Of a stretch of DNA of 59,965 nt, positions 37,714-47,646 are shown in pieces. The stretch comes from a bacterium (lineage in GTDB: Bacteria > Desulfobacterota > DSWW01). A program made the translations under genes and the position numbers. Every line of letters starts with the position of its first letter. Position 1 is the first letter of the stretch. Location: contig JBFLZG010000029.1 in NCBI GenBank assembly GCA_040756235.1, forward strand, positions 1 through 59,965. Direction: 5' to 3'. The notes under the pieces are model-generated. The model saw nothing but the letters and a program-made list of their open reading frames with translations. It was not told where the DNA came from and made no database searches.

Positions 37714-38910
37714 TCAGGTGCGGCCCCGGCCGAGCGCACCCACAACGAACGCCGCACGCCGGGCGAGGATGAGCGGGTAGGAAAGCCGGCCGCGCCGGAA
37801 GCGACCCGGAGCGACGAGCCGGGGGTCCAGCAGGTCCGTCTTGCGGTGCACCAGAAGGTCTGCGGCCATCCGGCCCAGAGCGGGAGATGTGTTGATCCCG
37901 TGCCCCGCCTGACCGGCGAGCCAGAAGAAGCCCCGGAGCCCGGGATCCTCCCCGACCACCGGCGCTCGGTCGGCAGGGAGGGTCCTCAGGCCGGCCCACT
38001 TGTTCAGGATCTGCCGCGGCGCGATCGTGGGCGCGTAACGCGCAAGCCGGTCGGCGATCTCGGCCACCCGCAGCTCGTCCGGTCTCGCGTCACAGGGCTC
38101 CATGGGGTCCTGGTCCATGGGGCTGGCCAGGATGGCCCCGGACTCAGGGCGGAAATAGAAGCGCCGGGAGTAGTCGCTCGTCAGGGGCCAGTCCCCGATC
38201 GGCAGATGGTCATCGGGCCGGCCGATGATGATCGTGCGCCTGCAGGGAGTCAGAGGCATGCTTCCCGCGCCAGCGAGGGCGGCGATCCGGTTGGCCCACG
38301 CACCTGCGGCGTTCACGAGCCAGTCACAGCGGATCTCGCCGCGGTTCGTGGCGACTCCCTTCACCCGGCCGTCTTCGGTCCGGACCGCCGTGACCTCGGT
38401 CCCCACGAGAAGGCGCACACCGAGTCTCCTGGCGCCCGCGAGATAGCCCCACAGCAGCGCGTGCACGTCCAGGAGACCGTCCTCCGGCAGGAAGATGCCT
38501 CCATCCAGGAGCTTCGGTTCGAGGGCGGGCACTCTTTCTGCGGCCTCACGAGGGCTCCATTCGCCGCAAACCACGCCCATCCTCCTGGCCAGGCCGGCCA
38601 GAAGGCGGAGGCCCATCCATCGCCTCCCCCGGGCGACCAGGAGCGTTCCGGTCGGCCGCAGCAGGGGTACATCGGCGAATCCTCCGGGCGGCGAGCGGAA
38701 GAAGGGCCCGCTCGAGAGGCTGAGGCGGACGAAGACATCGTCCTCGCTGAGCTGGGTGAAGACCGCCGCGCTCCTGCCGGTTGCATGGTAGCCCGGCGCG
38801 TCCTCCTTTTCGAGCAAGAGAACGTCCGTCCATCCGGCGGTGGCGAGATGATAGGCCATGGAGGCCCCTGCGATCCCGGCTCCGACGATCACGACCTCGG
38901 TTCTGTCCAT
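37714..38910 (-). CDS. FAD-dependent oxidoreductase (D-amino acid/sarcosine oxidase family)
   Basis: IVGAGIAG, ATGRSAA, VNAAGAWA, WAGLR, GQAGHGI. Confidence 0.9.
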   Translation of the reverse strand: MDRTEVVIVGAGIAGASMAYHLATAGWTDVLLLEKEDAPGYHATGRSAAVFTQLSEDDVFVRLSLSSGPFFRSPPGGFADVPLLRPTGTLLVARGRRWMGLRLLAGLARRMGVVCGEWSPREAAERVPALEPKLLDGGIFLPEDGLLDVHALLWGYLAGARRLGVRLLVGTEVTAVRTEDGRVKGVATNRGEIRCDWLVNAAGAWANRIAALAGAGSMPLTPCRRTIIIGRPDDHLPIGDWPLTSDYSRRFYFRPESGAILASPMDQDPMEPCDARPDELRVAEIADRLARYAPTIAPRQILNKWAGLRTLPADRAPVVGEDPGLRGFFWLAGQAGHGINTSPALGRMAADLLVHRKTDLLDPRLVAPGRFRRGRLSYPLILARRAAFVVGALGRGRT

Positions 38911-39035
38911 CTGGGCTCCATTCGAGGAGGAGTTCGAGGAGGAGGCCGGAGCGCGGCCAGCAGCGCCCCGGCAAGCCCCCGCGGAAGCGGGGCCCGGGAT
39001 GACGTGCCTGCATCTTGTCCGTCATTCCGGCGCAG

Positions 39036-39237
39036 GAGGCTGTGTCATAAGCCGGTCAAATCCTCGTGCGGCCACTCATTCCGGAGGACTCAGCGGTGTG
39101 GCCACATGCTTTCCGTCATTCCGGCGCAGGCCGGAATCCAGTCCCTGCACCCGGTTCCTGCAGCTGGTCTGGGTGCACCCTTCCGGATCCCGGCTCCCAC
39201 GCGCTCCGCAACCGGGCCGGGATGGCGAAACACGGCC
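39036..39237 (+). mobile_element. MITE family B copy (intact left end, decayed right end)
   Basis: Begins GAGGCTGTGTCATAA directly after REP half GTCATTCCGGC-GCAG; colinear with 54604-54810. Confidence 0.8.
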
Positions 39238-39410
39238 GCGACCCCGCGCAGACCTGGCGTTCAAACCCGAGGCTAACATTTCACGCTCCATTTTTCATCT
39301 TGGCGGCAACCTTCCTCAGCGGCCGCTCGGGTGCTGTAAGTCGCACCCCCGTATGGTAGAATCTGCCCTTGAATACAAGACTGACGTAACGGGCACAGAG
39401 GGAGCAGGTC

Positions 39411-41135
39411 ATGGACAACGGCGGTGAGGGCCGTGCGCTGCATTTCATCCGCGCCAGGATCGAAGAAGACCTGAGGGAGGGCAAGAACCAGGGTCGCGTG
39501 GTGACCCGTTTCCCGCCCGAGCCGAACGGCTATCTGCACATCGGCCACGCCAAATCCATCTGCCTCAACTTCGGGCTGGCGGCCGAATACCAGGGCCGCT
39601 GCCACCTGCGCTTCGACGACACGAACCCTACCAAGGAGGAGGTCGAGTACGTCGAATCGATCCAGGAAGACGTGCGCTGGCTCGGGTTCGACTGGGGCGA
39701 GCACCTCTACTACGCTTCAGACTACTTCCCGAAGCTGTTCCGCTACGCCGTGGACCTCATCCGCCAGGGGCAGGCGTACGTGTGCGACCTGAGCCCGGAG
39801 GAGATCCGGCGGTATCGGGGCACCCTGACCGAGCCCGGCCGGGAGAGCCCGTACCGCAGCCGCTCCGTAGAGGAGAACCTGGAGCTGTTCGAGCGCATGC
39901 GGGCCGGCGAGTTCCCGGACGGCTCCCGTGTCCTTCGGGCCAGGATCGACATGGCATCCCCGAACCTGAACATGCGCGATCCGGTGATGTACCGGATCTT
40001 GAAAGTCCCGCACCACCGCACCGGGGACGCCTGGTGCATCTACCCCATGTACGACTTCGCTCACTGCGTGTCCGACGCGATCGAAGGCATCACGCATTCG
40101 ATCTGCACCCTCGAGTTCGAGGACCACCGGCCCCTGTACGACTGGTTTCTCGATCAGCTGGACGTGCCCTGCCATCCGCAGCAGATCGAGTTCGCCCGCC
40201 TGAACCTGACCTACACGGTCATGAGCAAACGGAAGCTGCTCCGCCTGGTGGAGGACGGCGCGGTGAGCGGATGGGACGATCCCCGGATGCCCACGATCTC
40301 GGGGCTGCGCAGGCGGGGCTACACGCCGGAGGCGATGCGCGGCTTCTGCGAGCGCATCGGCGTGGCCAAACGGGACAGCGTGGTCGATATCGCGCTGCTC
40401 GAGCACCAGATCCGCGAAGACCTGAACCGGCGGGCTCCCCGGGTGATGGCCGTGCTCGACCCGCTGCGCGTAGTGATCGAGAACTACCCCGAGGATCGGG
40501 TCGAAGAGATGGAGGCGGTCAACAACCCCGAGGATCCCGCCACCGGGACGCGCAAGGTACCCTTTTCGCGGGTCCTCTATATCGAGCGGGACGATTTCCG
40601 CGAGGATCCGCCCAAGAAGTACTACCGGTTGGCTCCGGGGCGGGAGGTGCGGCTGCGCTACGCCTATTTCATCAAGTGCGTCGGCGTGGTCAAAGACGCC
40701 CGCAGCGGCGAGATCGTCGAGCTGCGCTGCACGTACGATCCGGTCACGCGCGGAGGCGATGCGCCGGACGGGCGCAAGGTGAAGGCGACCCTCCACTGGG
40801 TGTCGGCCGCCCATGCCGTGGAGGCCGAAGTCCGGATTTATGACCACCTGTTCACCAGGCCCGACCCGGACGACGTGGCGGAGGGCGAGGACTTCCGGAC
40901 TTCCCTGAGCCCGAGGTCTCTGCAGGTCCTGCATGCCTGCCGGGTCGAACCCTCGCTGGCGGGCGCGCACCCCGGAGCCCGCTACCAGTTCGAGAGGCAA
41001 GGGTATTTCTGCATGGATCCGGACGCCTCGAAGGACGGCAGGCTCGTCTTCAACCGGACGGTCTCTCTGCGCGACACCTGGGCGAAGATCGAGAGAGCGG
41101 AGAAGGGCGGGATGGCCGAGGCGGCCCCGGCCTAA
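39411..41135 (+). CDS. glnS: Glutamine--tRNA ligase
   Basis: [45 protein letters not shown]. Confidence 0.96.
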   Translation: MDNGGEGRALHFIRARIEEDLREGKNQGRVVTRFPPEPNGYLHIGHAKSICLNFGLAAEYQGRCHLRFDDTNPTKEEVEYVESIQEDVRWLGFDWGEHLYYASDYFPKLFRYAVDLIRQGQAYVCDLSPEEIRRYRGTLTEPGRESPYRSRSVEENLELFERMRAGEFPDGSRVLRARIDMASPNLNMRDPVMYRILKVPHHRTGDAWCIYPMYDFAHCVSDAIEGITHSICTLEFEDHRPLYDWFLDQLDVPCHPQQIEFARLNLTYTVMSKRKLLRLVEDGAVSGWDDPRMPTISGLRRRGYTPEAMRGFCERIGVAKRDSVVDIALLEHQIREDLNRRAPRVMAVLDPLRVVIENYPEDRVEEMEAVNNPEDPATGTRKVPFSRVLYIERDDFREDPPKKYYRLAPGREVRLRYAYFIKCVGVVKDARSGEIVELRCTYDPVTRGGDAPDGRKVKATLHWVSAAHAVEAEVRIYDHLFTRPDPDDVAEGEDFRTSLSPRSLQVLHACRVEPSLAGAHPGARYQFERQGYFCMDPDASKDGRLVFNRTVSLRDTWAKIERAEKGGMAEAAPA

Positions 41136-41219
41136 AGCAGCTTCCCATACGATGAAGAAGGGGTCTTCGTCGAGGTTTGTGAGCCTGGTTGGTGGACACG
41201 CTTCGCTTCTTCCATCCTA

Positions 41220-41436
41220 CCGCCGTGTCATGACCCGGCGGTCAGACCCTCTTCCGACCCCTGATTCGGGGGGGGACCCTGCGCGCGGCGACACGACAGG
41301 CGCGGTACGCTCCCTTCCGTCATTCCGGCGCAGGCCGGAATCCAGTCCGTGTTTCCAAGCTTCCTGCCAGCCTCCTGGATCCCGGCTCAAACGCGCTCCG
41401 CAGTGGGGCCGGGATGACGAAATGAGACACAGCCTC
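41220..41436 (+). mobile_element. MITE family B copy (decayed left end, intact right end)
   Basis: Internal REP at 41319-41345; right end GACACAGCCTC followed by REP half GAAG-GCCGAAATCC. Confidence 0.7.
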
Positions 41437-41557
41437 GAAGGCCGAAATCCGGTCCCTGCGCCCCGCAATTGCCGCTGTTCTTGATGCAGCCTTCCGGAGG
41501 GCGCAGCAAGCAGCGCCCCTGTGGGGAGCGTCCGGCTCCGCCCCCCGGATGGCCGAG

Positions 41558-41587
41558 TTGACAGCTATCCGGGGCCTTTCTTATGAT
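41558..41587 (+). promoter_or_regulatory. Sigma70-type promoter for the ABC operon
   Basis: TTGACA-N18-TATGAT. Confidence 0.5.
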
Positions 41588-41674
41588 CCAGATTCCGAAT
41601 TCCGACGCCGCGGGCCGCCGGAAGGTTGCGCCGAAGGCGCCGGGCCGGGTTTCCCCGCCAAGGGAGTTTTCTTC

Positions 41675-42649
41675 ATGATCGAGGTCGAGGGCCTTACGAA
41701 GTACTACGGGCCGCGATGTGCCGTCGAGGACGTGGCGTTCCGGATCGAGACGGGGGAGATCGTGGGTCTCCTGGGGCTCAACGGCTCCGGAAAGACGACC
41801 CTCCTGAGGATGGTCTCCGGCAACCTCCTTCCCACTTCAGGCACGGTCCGCATCCAGGATCGAGACCTGTACCAGCATCCGGAGGAGGCGAAGCGTGCCA
41901 TCGGTTTCCTGCCCGAGAACCCTCCACTGTACGGCGAGATGACGGTGGGGGCCTATCTCCGGTTCGTGGGCCAGCTCAAGGGCGTCCGCCGCAACGAGAT
42001 CGCCGAGCGCGTGCGGCAGGTGGCGTCCGGGGTCGCCATCGAGGAGGTCAGCAAGGAGATCATCGAGCACCTGTCGTTCGGGTACCGGCAGCGCGTGGGG
42101 ATCGCCCAGGCCCTGATCCACGATCCCGAGCTGCTGCTTCTGGATGAGCCGGCTGCCGGGCTGGACCCGGTGCAGATCATTGAGATGCGGCAGCTCATCC
42201 GCGGACTGCGCGGAACGAGGACCGTCATCCTGTCCAGCCACTTCCTGTCGGAGATCAGCCAGATCTGCGACCGGATCCTGGTCATCCAGGAAGGCCGGAT
42301 CGTGGCCGAGGGGCCCGAGGAGAAGCTGGCCGGCAGATTCAGCCCGGGGCTCAAGCTCAGGCTCCAGGCGCGCGCCCCCCGACTGGCCGTCGTGGATTGC
42401 CTCAGCACGCTGGACGGCGTCGATACGGTCGAGTGCACGCGGGAGGAAGCCGATCAGTCCACTTTCGTCATCGCCCTGACCTACGACATGCGCGAGCAGA
42501 TGTGCACGGTGCTGGTGTCCAGGGGCATCGGCATCCTCGAGCTCACGCGTTTGGATCGGGAGCTTGAGAATGTGTTCCTGCAGCTCCTGGAGAAGAAGAC
42601 GCCGAGCGCGACGCTCCCGGAGGCCGGGGAGAAAGAGGCTGCCGCATGA
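41675..42649 (+). CDS. ABC transporter ATP-binding protein (GldA-like)
   Basis: GLNGSGKT, signature variant LSFGYRQR, LLLDEP, SSH. Confidence 0.92.
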   Translation: MIEVEGLTKYYGPRCAVEDVAFRIETGEIVGLLGLNGSGKTTLLRMVSGNLLPTSGTVRIQDRDLYQHPEEAKRAIGFLPENPPLYGEMTVGAYLRFVGQLKGVRRNEIAERVRQVASGVAIEEVSKEIIEHLSFGYRQRVGIAQALIHDPELLLLDEPAAGLDPVQIIEMRQLIRGLRGTRTVILSSHFLSEISQICDRILVIQEGRIVAEGPEEKLAGRFSPGLKLRLQARAPRLAVVDCLSTLDGVDTVECTREEADQSTFVIALTYDMREQMCTVLVSRGIGILELTRLDRELENVFLQLLEKKTPSATLPEAGEKEAAA

Positions 42650-43371
42650 GAACGATCCGGATCGTGCTGGCGAGAGAGCTCGGGGCTTACTTCCGCTCCT
42701 ATACGGGCTACGTGATCCTCGCGGTCGTGCTCCTGGTGGACGGACTGCTCTTCAACGTCTTTGCCCTGGGAGGGACCCCCAAGTACTCGGCTGAGGTGCT
42801 GCGGGACTTCTTCTATTTCTCCAGCGGCACGACCATGATCGCAAGCATCTTCCTGACCATGCGCCTCCTGGCCGAGGAGCGGCAAATGGGGACCATGGTC
42901 CTCTATTACGGCTCGCCCGTACGCGACAGCCAGATGATCGTCGGGAAGTTCCTCTCGGCGTTGTTCTTTCTGGGCCTGCTCACGCTCCTGACCCTGTACA
43001 TGCCGCTTCTCGTATTCGTGAACGGGAAGGTCTCCGCGGGTCACGTCGTCTCGGGCTACCTGGGCCTCCTCTGCCTGGGTGCGGCCAGCCTCGCGATCGG
43101 GCTGTTCGGCTCTTCCCTGGCGCGCAGCCAGATCCTGGCCGCCGTGATCTCGGCAGCCATCCTGGTTTCCATGCTGCTCCTCTGGCTGCTTGCCAGCGTC
43201 ACGGCTCCGCCCTTGTCCGCAATCTTCGGGCACCTGGCCCTGCACAACAAGCATTTCCTTCCTTTCATGAAGGGCACGGTCAACACCTCCGATATCCTCT
43301 ACTATCTTTCCGTCACATGGTTCTTTCTCATGCTCTCCACCAAAGTCGTCGAGGCGAGAAGATGGCGATAG
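42646..43371 (+). CDS. ABC-2 type permease (GldF-like)
   Basis: 6 TM; TMRLLAEERQMGT, GKF, C-terminal RRWR; ATGA overlap. Confidence 0.9.
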   Translation: MRTIRIVLARELGAYFRSYTGYVILAVVLLVDGLLFNVFALGGTPKYSAEVLRDFFYFSSGTTMIASIFLTMRLLAEERQMGTMVLYYGSPVRDSQMIVGKFLSALFFLGLLTLLTLYMPLLVFVNGKVSAGHVVSGYLGLLCLGAASLAIGLFGSSLARSQILAAVISAAILVSMLLLWLLASVTAPPLSAIFGHLALHNKHFLPFMKGTVNTSDILYYLSVTWFFLMLSTKVVEARRWR

Positions 43372-45368
43372 AGGGGACTCGCGAACACCCGCGCTGGCTC
43401 TTCCCGGCCCTGGCCTGCACGCTGCCGTACCTCGCGGGCATGGCCCTGATCTTCGTGGCCGAGAGACTGGTGGAAACCCCGGCCGCCGCCCGATCGGCCC
43501 TGGACGGCGCCGGCGCGGCCGCTATCCTGTGGGCCATCCTCGCACGGTTCGTCAACTGGGCCCGCTCTCGGGGAGACCGCGCTTCGGTCGAGGGCAAGAT
43601 CCTGGCGGCCTATCTGGCGGGGGTGCTCTCGCTGCTCCTCTATGCCGCCCAGCTCGAGCCGGTGGGGAAGAAGCTCATGGTCCTCGCGGGACTGGACAGC
43701 CTCCCGCTCGACCGGGCGCGCACCGCCCTGCGGGTCGTCTGGCCGATCGTGTGGGCGAGCGCGATCTTCCCTCTGCTCTTCATGGAGGCCTCCTACGCTT
43801 CCATGGCGAGGGCCAGCAGGATCGAAAGGCGGCGCGTCTCCTTTTCCGCCGCAAGCGGCATGGCGATCGCGTGGCTGGCGGCGAGCCTGTTTCTCATCAA
43901 CTACGTCGCCCAGTCCTACAACCGGAAGTGGGACCTGAGCTTCGACGGGACCTCCAGCCCGAGCGAGGGAGCCCGCCGGCTCGTCTCCAACCTGACCGAC
44001 ACGTTTCAGGTGATCGCCTTCTACCCGGAAGTCAATGAGGTCCGCGAGGCGCTCTTCAGCTACTTTGACGATCTCCGGGGCGGGTCCGGGCATTTCCAGA
44101 TCCGCGCCTACGATCAGGTCCTGGAGCCGAAGATCGCCAAGGAGCTCGGGGTCAACCAGAACGGCGCGGTGGTTTTCCGGTTCGGCGACAAGAAGGAAGT
44201 GGCGCGCGTCGGGCTCTCCCTGGCCGAGGCCCGCGCTCAGCTCTCCAAGCTGGACCGGACCTTCCAGGAGAAGTTTCTGCAATTGGTTTCCGCGAAGAAG
44301 GTCGCCTATTTCGTCGCGGGCCACGGAGAGAGGTCGTTCGAGGAGTACGGCTCCAAGGAGAAGGATTCTCGGGCGGCGTTGAAGGGGCTCAAGTCCATCC
44401 TCCGGGGACAGAACTTCGAAGTGAAGGTCCTGGGCCTCGGGCAGGGTCTGGCCATGGAGGCGCCCGAGGATGCGTCCGTGATCCTGGTCATCGACCCGAC
44501 GGAAGATTTCCTGCCCGAAGAGCTGAACGCCCTCAGGCGCTATCTGAACCGCGGAGGCCGGCTCTGGGTGGCGCTGGATCCGGACCACTCGACCAATCTG
44601 GCCGGGCTGTTGGCCGAATACGGGGTGCGCTTCGTAGCGGCGCCGCTGGCAAACGAATCGTACTACGTGAGAGCTTTCTACAACAAGGCCGACCGGTACA
44701 ACCTGTACACGAACCGGAGCTCGTCCCACGCCTCGGTGAGCACCCTCAGCCGGAATTCCTCGAGGCTTGCCGTCGTCATGATGAAGACGGGCTCGCTCGA
44801 GAAGGCGGAAGGAAGCGCCTCGCCGGCGCGTGTCGTCATGACTCTTCGAAGCATGGCCATGACCTGGTCGGACGCGGACCGCAACATGGACCTCGATCCT
44901 CCGGGCGAGGAGAAGAAGGTCTTCGACCTGGCTGCCGCCGTGTCCATGCCGGTGGGAGGCGCGGATCAAGCGGGCGGCGGAAAGGCGGAAGCGCAACAAC
45001 AGGGGGCGGCCGCCGCGCCCGGGGACCAGAGCCCTGCCCAGGAGCAGGAAGCCAAGGACGCGGAGAAGACGGACGGCAAGCCCGAGATGCGCATGATCGT
45101 CCTGGCCGACGCGGATGCCCTTTCCGACCAGGTGATCGGGAACCTGGGCAATTACCACCTCTTCGATGAAGGTCTCAAGTGGCTCTTCGAGGGGGAAAAG
45201 CTCCTGGGCGACGTCTCCTCGGAACAGGACGTACGCATCCTGCACACCCGTGAACAGGATGTCTGGCGGTTCTACGGGACGATCTTCGCCGTGCCCCTGG
45301 TCGTCCTCGGAGTGGGCGTCGGCTACAACCGTCTTCGTGCCCGATCGAGAAGGGGGCGAACAGGATGA
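43362..45368 (+). CDS. GldG-like ABC auxiliary protein with extra N-terminal TM helices
   Basis: KWDLS..S.S, YFVAGHGE, YLNRGG, IVLADAD, C-terminal TM plus basic tail. Confidence 0.82.
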   Translation: MAIEGTREHPRWLFPALACTLPYLAGMALIFVAERLVETPAAARSALDGAGAAAILWAILARFVNWARSRGDRASVEGKILAAYLAGVLSLLLYAAQLEPVGKKLMVLAGLDSLPLDRARTALRVVWPIVWASAIFPLLFMEASYASMARASRIERRRVSFSAASGMAIAWLAASLFLINYVAQSYNRKWDLSFDGTSSPSEGARRLVSNLTDTFQVIAFYPEVNEVREALFSYFDDLRGGSGHFQIRAYDQVLEPKIAKELGVNQNGAVVFRFGDKKEVARVGLSLAEARAQLSKLDRTFQEKFLQLVSAKKVAYFVAGHGERSFEEYGSKEKDSRAALKGLKSILRGQNFEVKVLGLGQGLAMEAPEDASVILVIDPTEDFLPEELNALRRYLNRGGRLWVALDPDHSTNLAGLLAEYGVRFVAAPLANESYYVRAFYNKADRYNLYTNRSSSHASVSTLSRNSSRLAVVMMKTGSLEKAEGSASPARVVMTLRSMAMTWSDADRNMDLDPPGEEKKVFDLAAAVSMPVGGADQAGGGKAEAQQQGAAAAPGDQSPAQEQEAKDAEKTDGKPEMRMIVLADADALSDQVIGNLGNYHLFDEGLKWLFEGEKLLGDVSSEQDVRILHTREQDVWRFYGTIFAVPLVVLGVGVGYNRLRARSRRGRTG

Positions 45369-46534
45369 AGCGTTTAGGCCCTCTGCCTTATCTGGTCGTC
45401 CTGCTGCTCAGCCTGGGAGCGGCCTATCTCACCTGGACCCGGGCGCCTCAAAAAGCGCAAGAGCGGGTCCCTGTGGCGACTTTCGAAAAGAAAGACTTGC
45501 TCGGGCTGGAGCTCCAAAGCAAGAACCGGACGGTCTCGCTCTCACGGCAAAAGAGCGGCTACTCGGGCGATTCCTTCTGGTGGGTAAAGATGGAAGGCCC
45601 GGCCTCCGCCGCAAAGAGCGGAGAGCAGCCCTCTGCCGCAGCCCTTTCGGAGGCCGCGTCGGCGCTCTCCGCGGAGCCCCGCCCGGGAGAGGGAGAGGCC
45701 GACGGGGACGGCCTCGAGGAAGGCGTCGGTGCGGAGGGAATTGCAGGGACGGCGCATGCGGCCGCAGGTGCGGCCGGGGCGAAAATCGACTTCTTCAGAG
45801 CGGACGCTCGGCTCGAGGAGGCTCTGGGCCGATTCTGCCCCTGGGTGGCGCTCCGTGCGCTGGGGAGCCTCGGGGAGGACAAGAGAAAGGAGCTCGGCCT
45901 GGCGGATACGACTGAGCGCCTGGTCTTGAAGGGCCGGTCAGGAGAGCGCACTTTTCGGATCGGCGTCAACTCGTACGGGCATCCGGACCGTTACGTAGAA
46001 GAAGAGGGGACCGGCGTCGTGTATCTGTTTCCGGGCCAGGATCTGCGGGAGCTCGAATACCCCAAGACCCGGTTCATGGAAAGGGCGCTGAACGGATTCA
46101 AGAAGGACCAGCCCGTTCGGATCCACATCCGGGCCGGGGGTAAGGAGAAAGAGCTGGCTGCCCGAACCGCCGAGAACGGGAAAGCGGCGGGATGGGCCGA
46201 CAGCCGCAAGCCCGGGAAGACGAACGAGATCTACCAGAACTGGATTCAGAAATACTTCGGTCTGCGGGTGCTCGACTATCTGCCCCCGCGCGGCGGAGGC
46301 GAACCGGAAGGGTGCTCTTCAGGGCCGGACGCGTCCGATCCCGCGCTTCGTATGACCTTCTTCGACGAGCGCCGTGAGATCGGTTTCTTCGTCCTCTACA
46401 AGACCTCGGCGAGCGGCAATGCGGAGTCCCCGTATGTCGCCTGCGCCGACCATACCGATTCCCTCGTGAGGCTCCCCAAGTCACAGGTAGAGTCGCTGCT
46501 GCAGGACCTGGAAGACGTGCTCTCGGAGTCCTGA
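45365..46534 (+). CDS. DUF4340-like membrane-anchored periplasmic protein
   Basis: N-terminal TM, ELGL..FRIG..RYV..VYL pattern, position after GldG-like gene, ATGA overlap. Confidence 0.7.
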   Translation: MKRLGPLPYLVVLLLSLGAAYLTWTRAPQKAQERVPVATFEKKDLLGLELQSKNRTVSLSRQKSGYSGDSFWWVKMEGPASAAKSGEQPSAAALSEAASALSAEPRPGEGEADGDGLEEGVGAEGIAGTAHAAAGAAGAKIDFFRADARLEEALGRFCPWVALRALGSLGEDKRKELGLADTTERLVLKGRSGERTFRIGVNSYGHPDRYVEEEGTGVVYLFPGQDLRELEYPKTRFMERALNGFKKDQPVRIHIRAGGKEKELAARTAENGKAAGWADSRKPGKTNEIYQNWIQKYFGLRVLDYLPPRGGGEPEGCSSGPDASDPALRMTFFDERREIGFFVLYKTSASGNAESPYVACADHTDSLVRLPKSQVESLLQDLEDVLSES

Positions 46535-46592
46535 TCCGGGGCGCCTCCCTGCTCGCACCTCCTGCCCCCCGAAAAAAAATTCAACAAAACAC

Positions 46593-46640
46593 TTGACACT
46601 CACCGGGGCAATTTCTATAATTCGAAATAGGTCGAATTAT
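46593..46640 (+). promoter_or_regulatory. Consensus sigma70 promoter with overlapping ArsR-type operator
   Basis: TTGACA-N17-TATAAT (46593-46621), A-rich upstream; perfect inverted repeat ATAATTCGA-N6-TCGAATTAT (46617-46640). Confidence 0.8.
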
Positions 46641-46656
46641 CGTAGGAGCGGAGATC

Positions 46657-47001
46657 ATGGAAATCGATCCCGTAAAGGTCTTCAAAGCGCTGTCCAACCA
46701 GAGCCGCCTGGAAATCCTCAAGGCGATCTACCAGGAGGGCATGTCGGTGACGACCTCGCTCGTAGCCGAAAAAAAGGTGCCTTCCGAGAAAAAGTGTTCC
46801 TGCTGCGTGGGCGACATCATGAGGAAATTCAGGCTTGCACCATCGACCATCTCTCACCACGTCCGCGAGCTCGCCATGGCAGGGCTCGTGAGGGTCGAGA
46901 GGGAAGGGCAATTCATTCGAGTCCTTCCCAACACGAACGCCATGAAAGTGATTTCGGACTTCGTGCAATCTTTTGCCGAGGAGGCAGGGAAGAAGAAGTA
47001 G
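46657..47001 (+). CDS. ArsR/SmtB family transcriptional regulator
   Basis: FKALSNQSRLEIL, CSCCV, PSTISHHVREL, GLVRVEREG. Confidence 0.92.
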   Translation: MEIDPVKVFKALSNQSRLEILKAIYQEGMSVTTSLVAEKKVPSEKKCSCCVGDIMRKFRLAPSTISHHVRELAMAGLVRVEREGQFIRVLPNTNAMKVISDFVQSFAEEAGKKK

Positions 47002-47090
47002 TTTTTTTTGTGTAACAATTCGAAGCTTGTCGAAGTCTACAAGTATAGAAATAAGTGAGAAGACCACAGACCAAAGAGGAGGTCATTGCA

Positions 47091-47297
47091 ATGGAAGCAA
47101 ACGGCAACGTCATCAGAGACCATGGGATCGGGTCGTCGGTCGACGCATGGAATCAAGCAAAAGACTGGCTCGGCAGCCACCTCACCAGGGACAGAATGGT
47201 CGAGGGAGCGCTTGCTGCCGCAACGTCCGGCATGCTCGGATTCGTGCTGTACGTCCTGCACCATGCCATGCAGCAGTACACGGTGACGGGCTTCTGA
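47091..47297 (+). CDS. Small (68 aa) hypothetical protein with one hydrophobic helix
   Basis: Strong GAGGAGG RBS, ATG 47091, hydrophobic ALAAATSGMLGFVLYVL, hairpin downstream. Confidence 0.6.
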   Translation: MEANGNVIRDHGIGSSVDAWNQAKDWLGSHLTRDRMVEGALAAATSGMLGFVLYVLHHAMQQYTVTGF

Positions 47298-47305
47298 GCT
47301 CGCTC

Positions 47306-47351
47306 CGCCGGCCGGTGCGAAGCGACGGGGCAAGCTCCGCACCGGCCGGCG
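47306..47351. terminator. Strong GC hairpin after the small ORF
   Basis: CGCCGGCCGGTGCGAAGC ... GCTCCGCACCGGCCGGCG; no U tract. Confidence 0.4.
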
Positions 47352-47646
47352 CCGAGCCGTTCCCGGGCGAGCGACCGCCGGCCTCTCGGGCAAGAGTCTG
47401 AGATCGGAAGTCCGGGAGGATCGCAAGCCACCACGCGTGCAAGCGCCGCTGGAAATCATCCGGTTCCCTCTGTATCCTGCAAGCCCTGCGAGCGATTTTT
47501 CTTTCCCTCCCGCGATATGCTCGGACGCATGACGGATTTTCTCCGTACCCCTATTGCAAAACTCTGAAATCGGTATAATGGCAGTGGCAAGCGCGGGCCG
47601 TCTGCTGCCCGAGTGCATGTCCACACCTGCTCGTGAACAGGAAATC

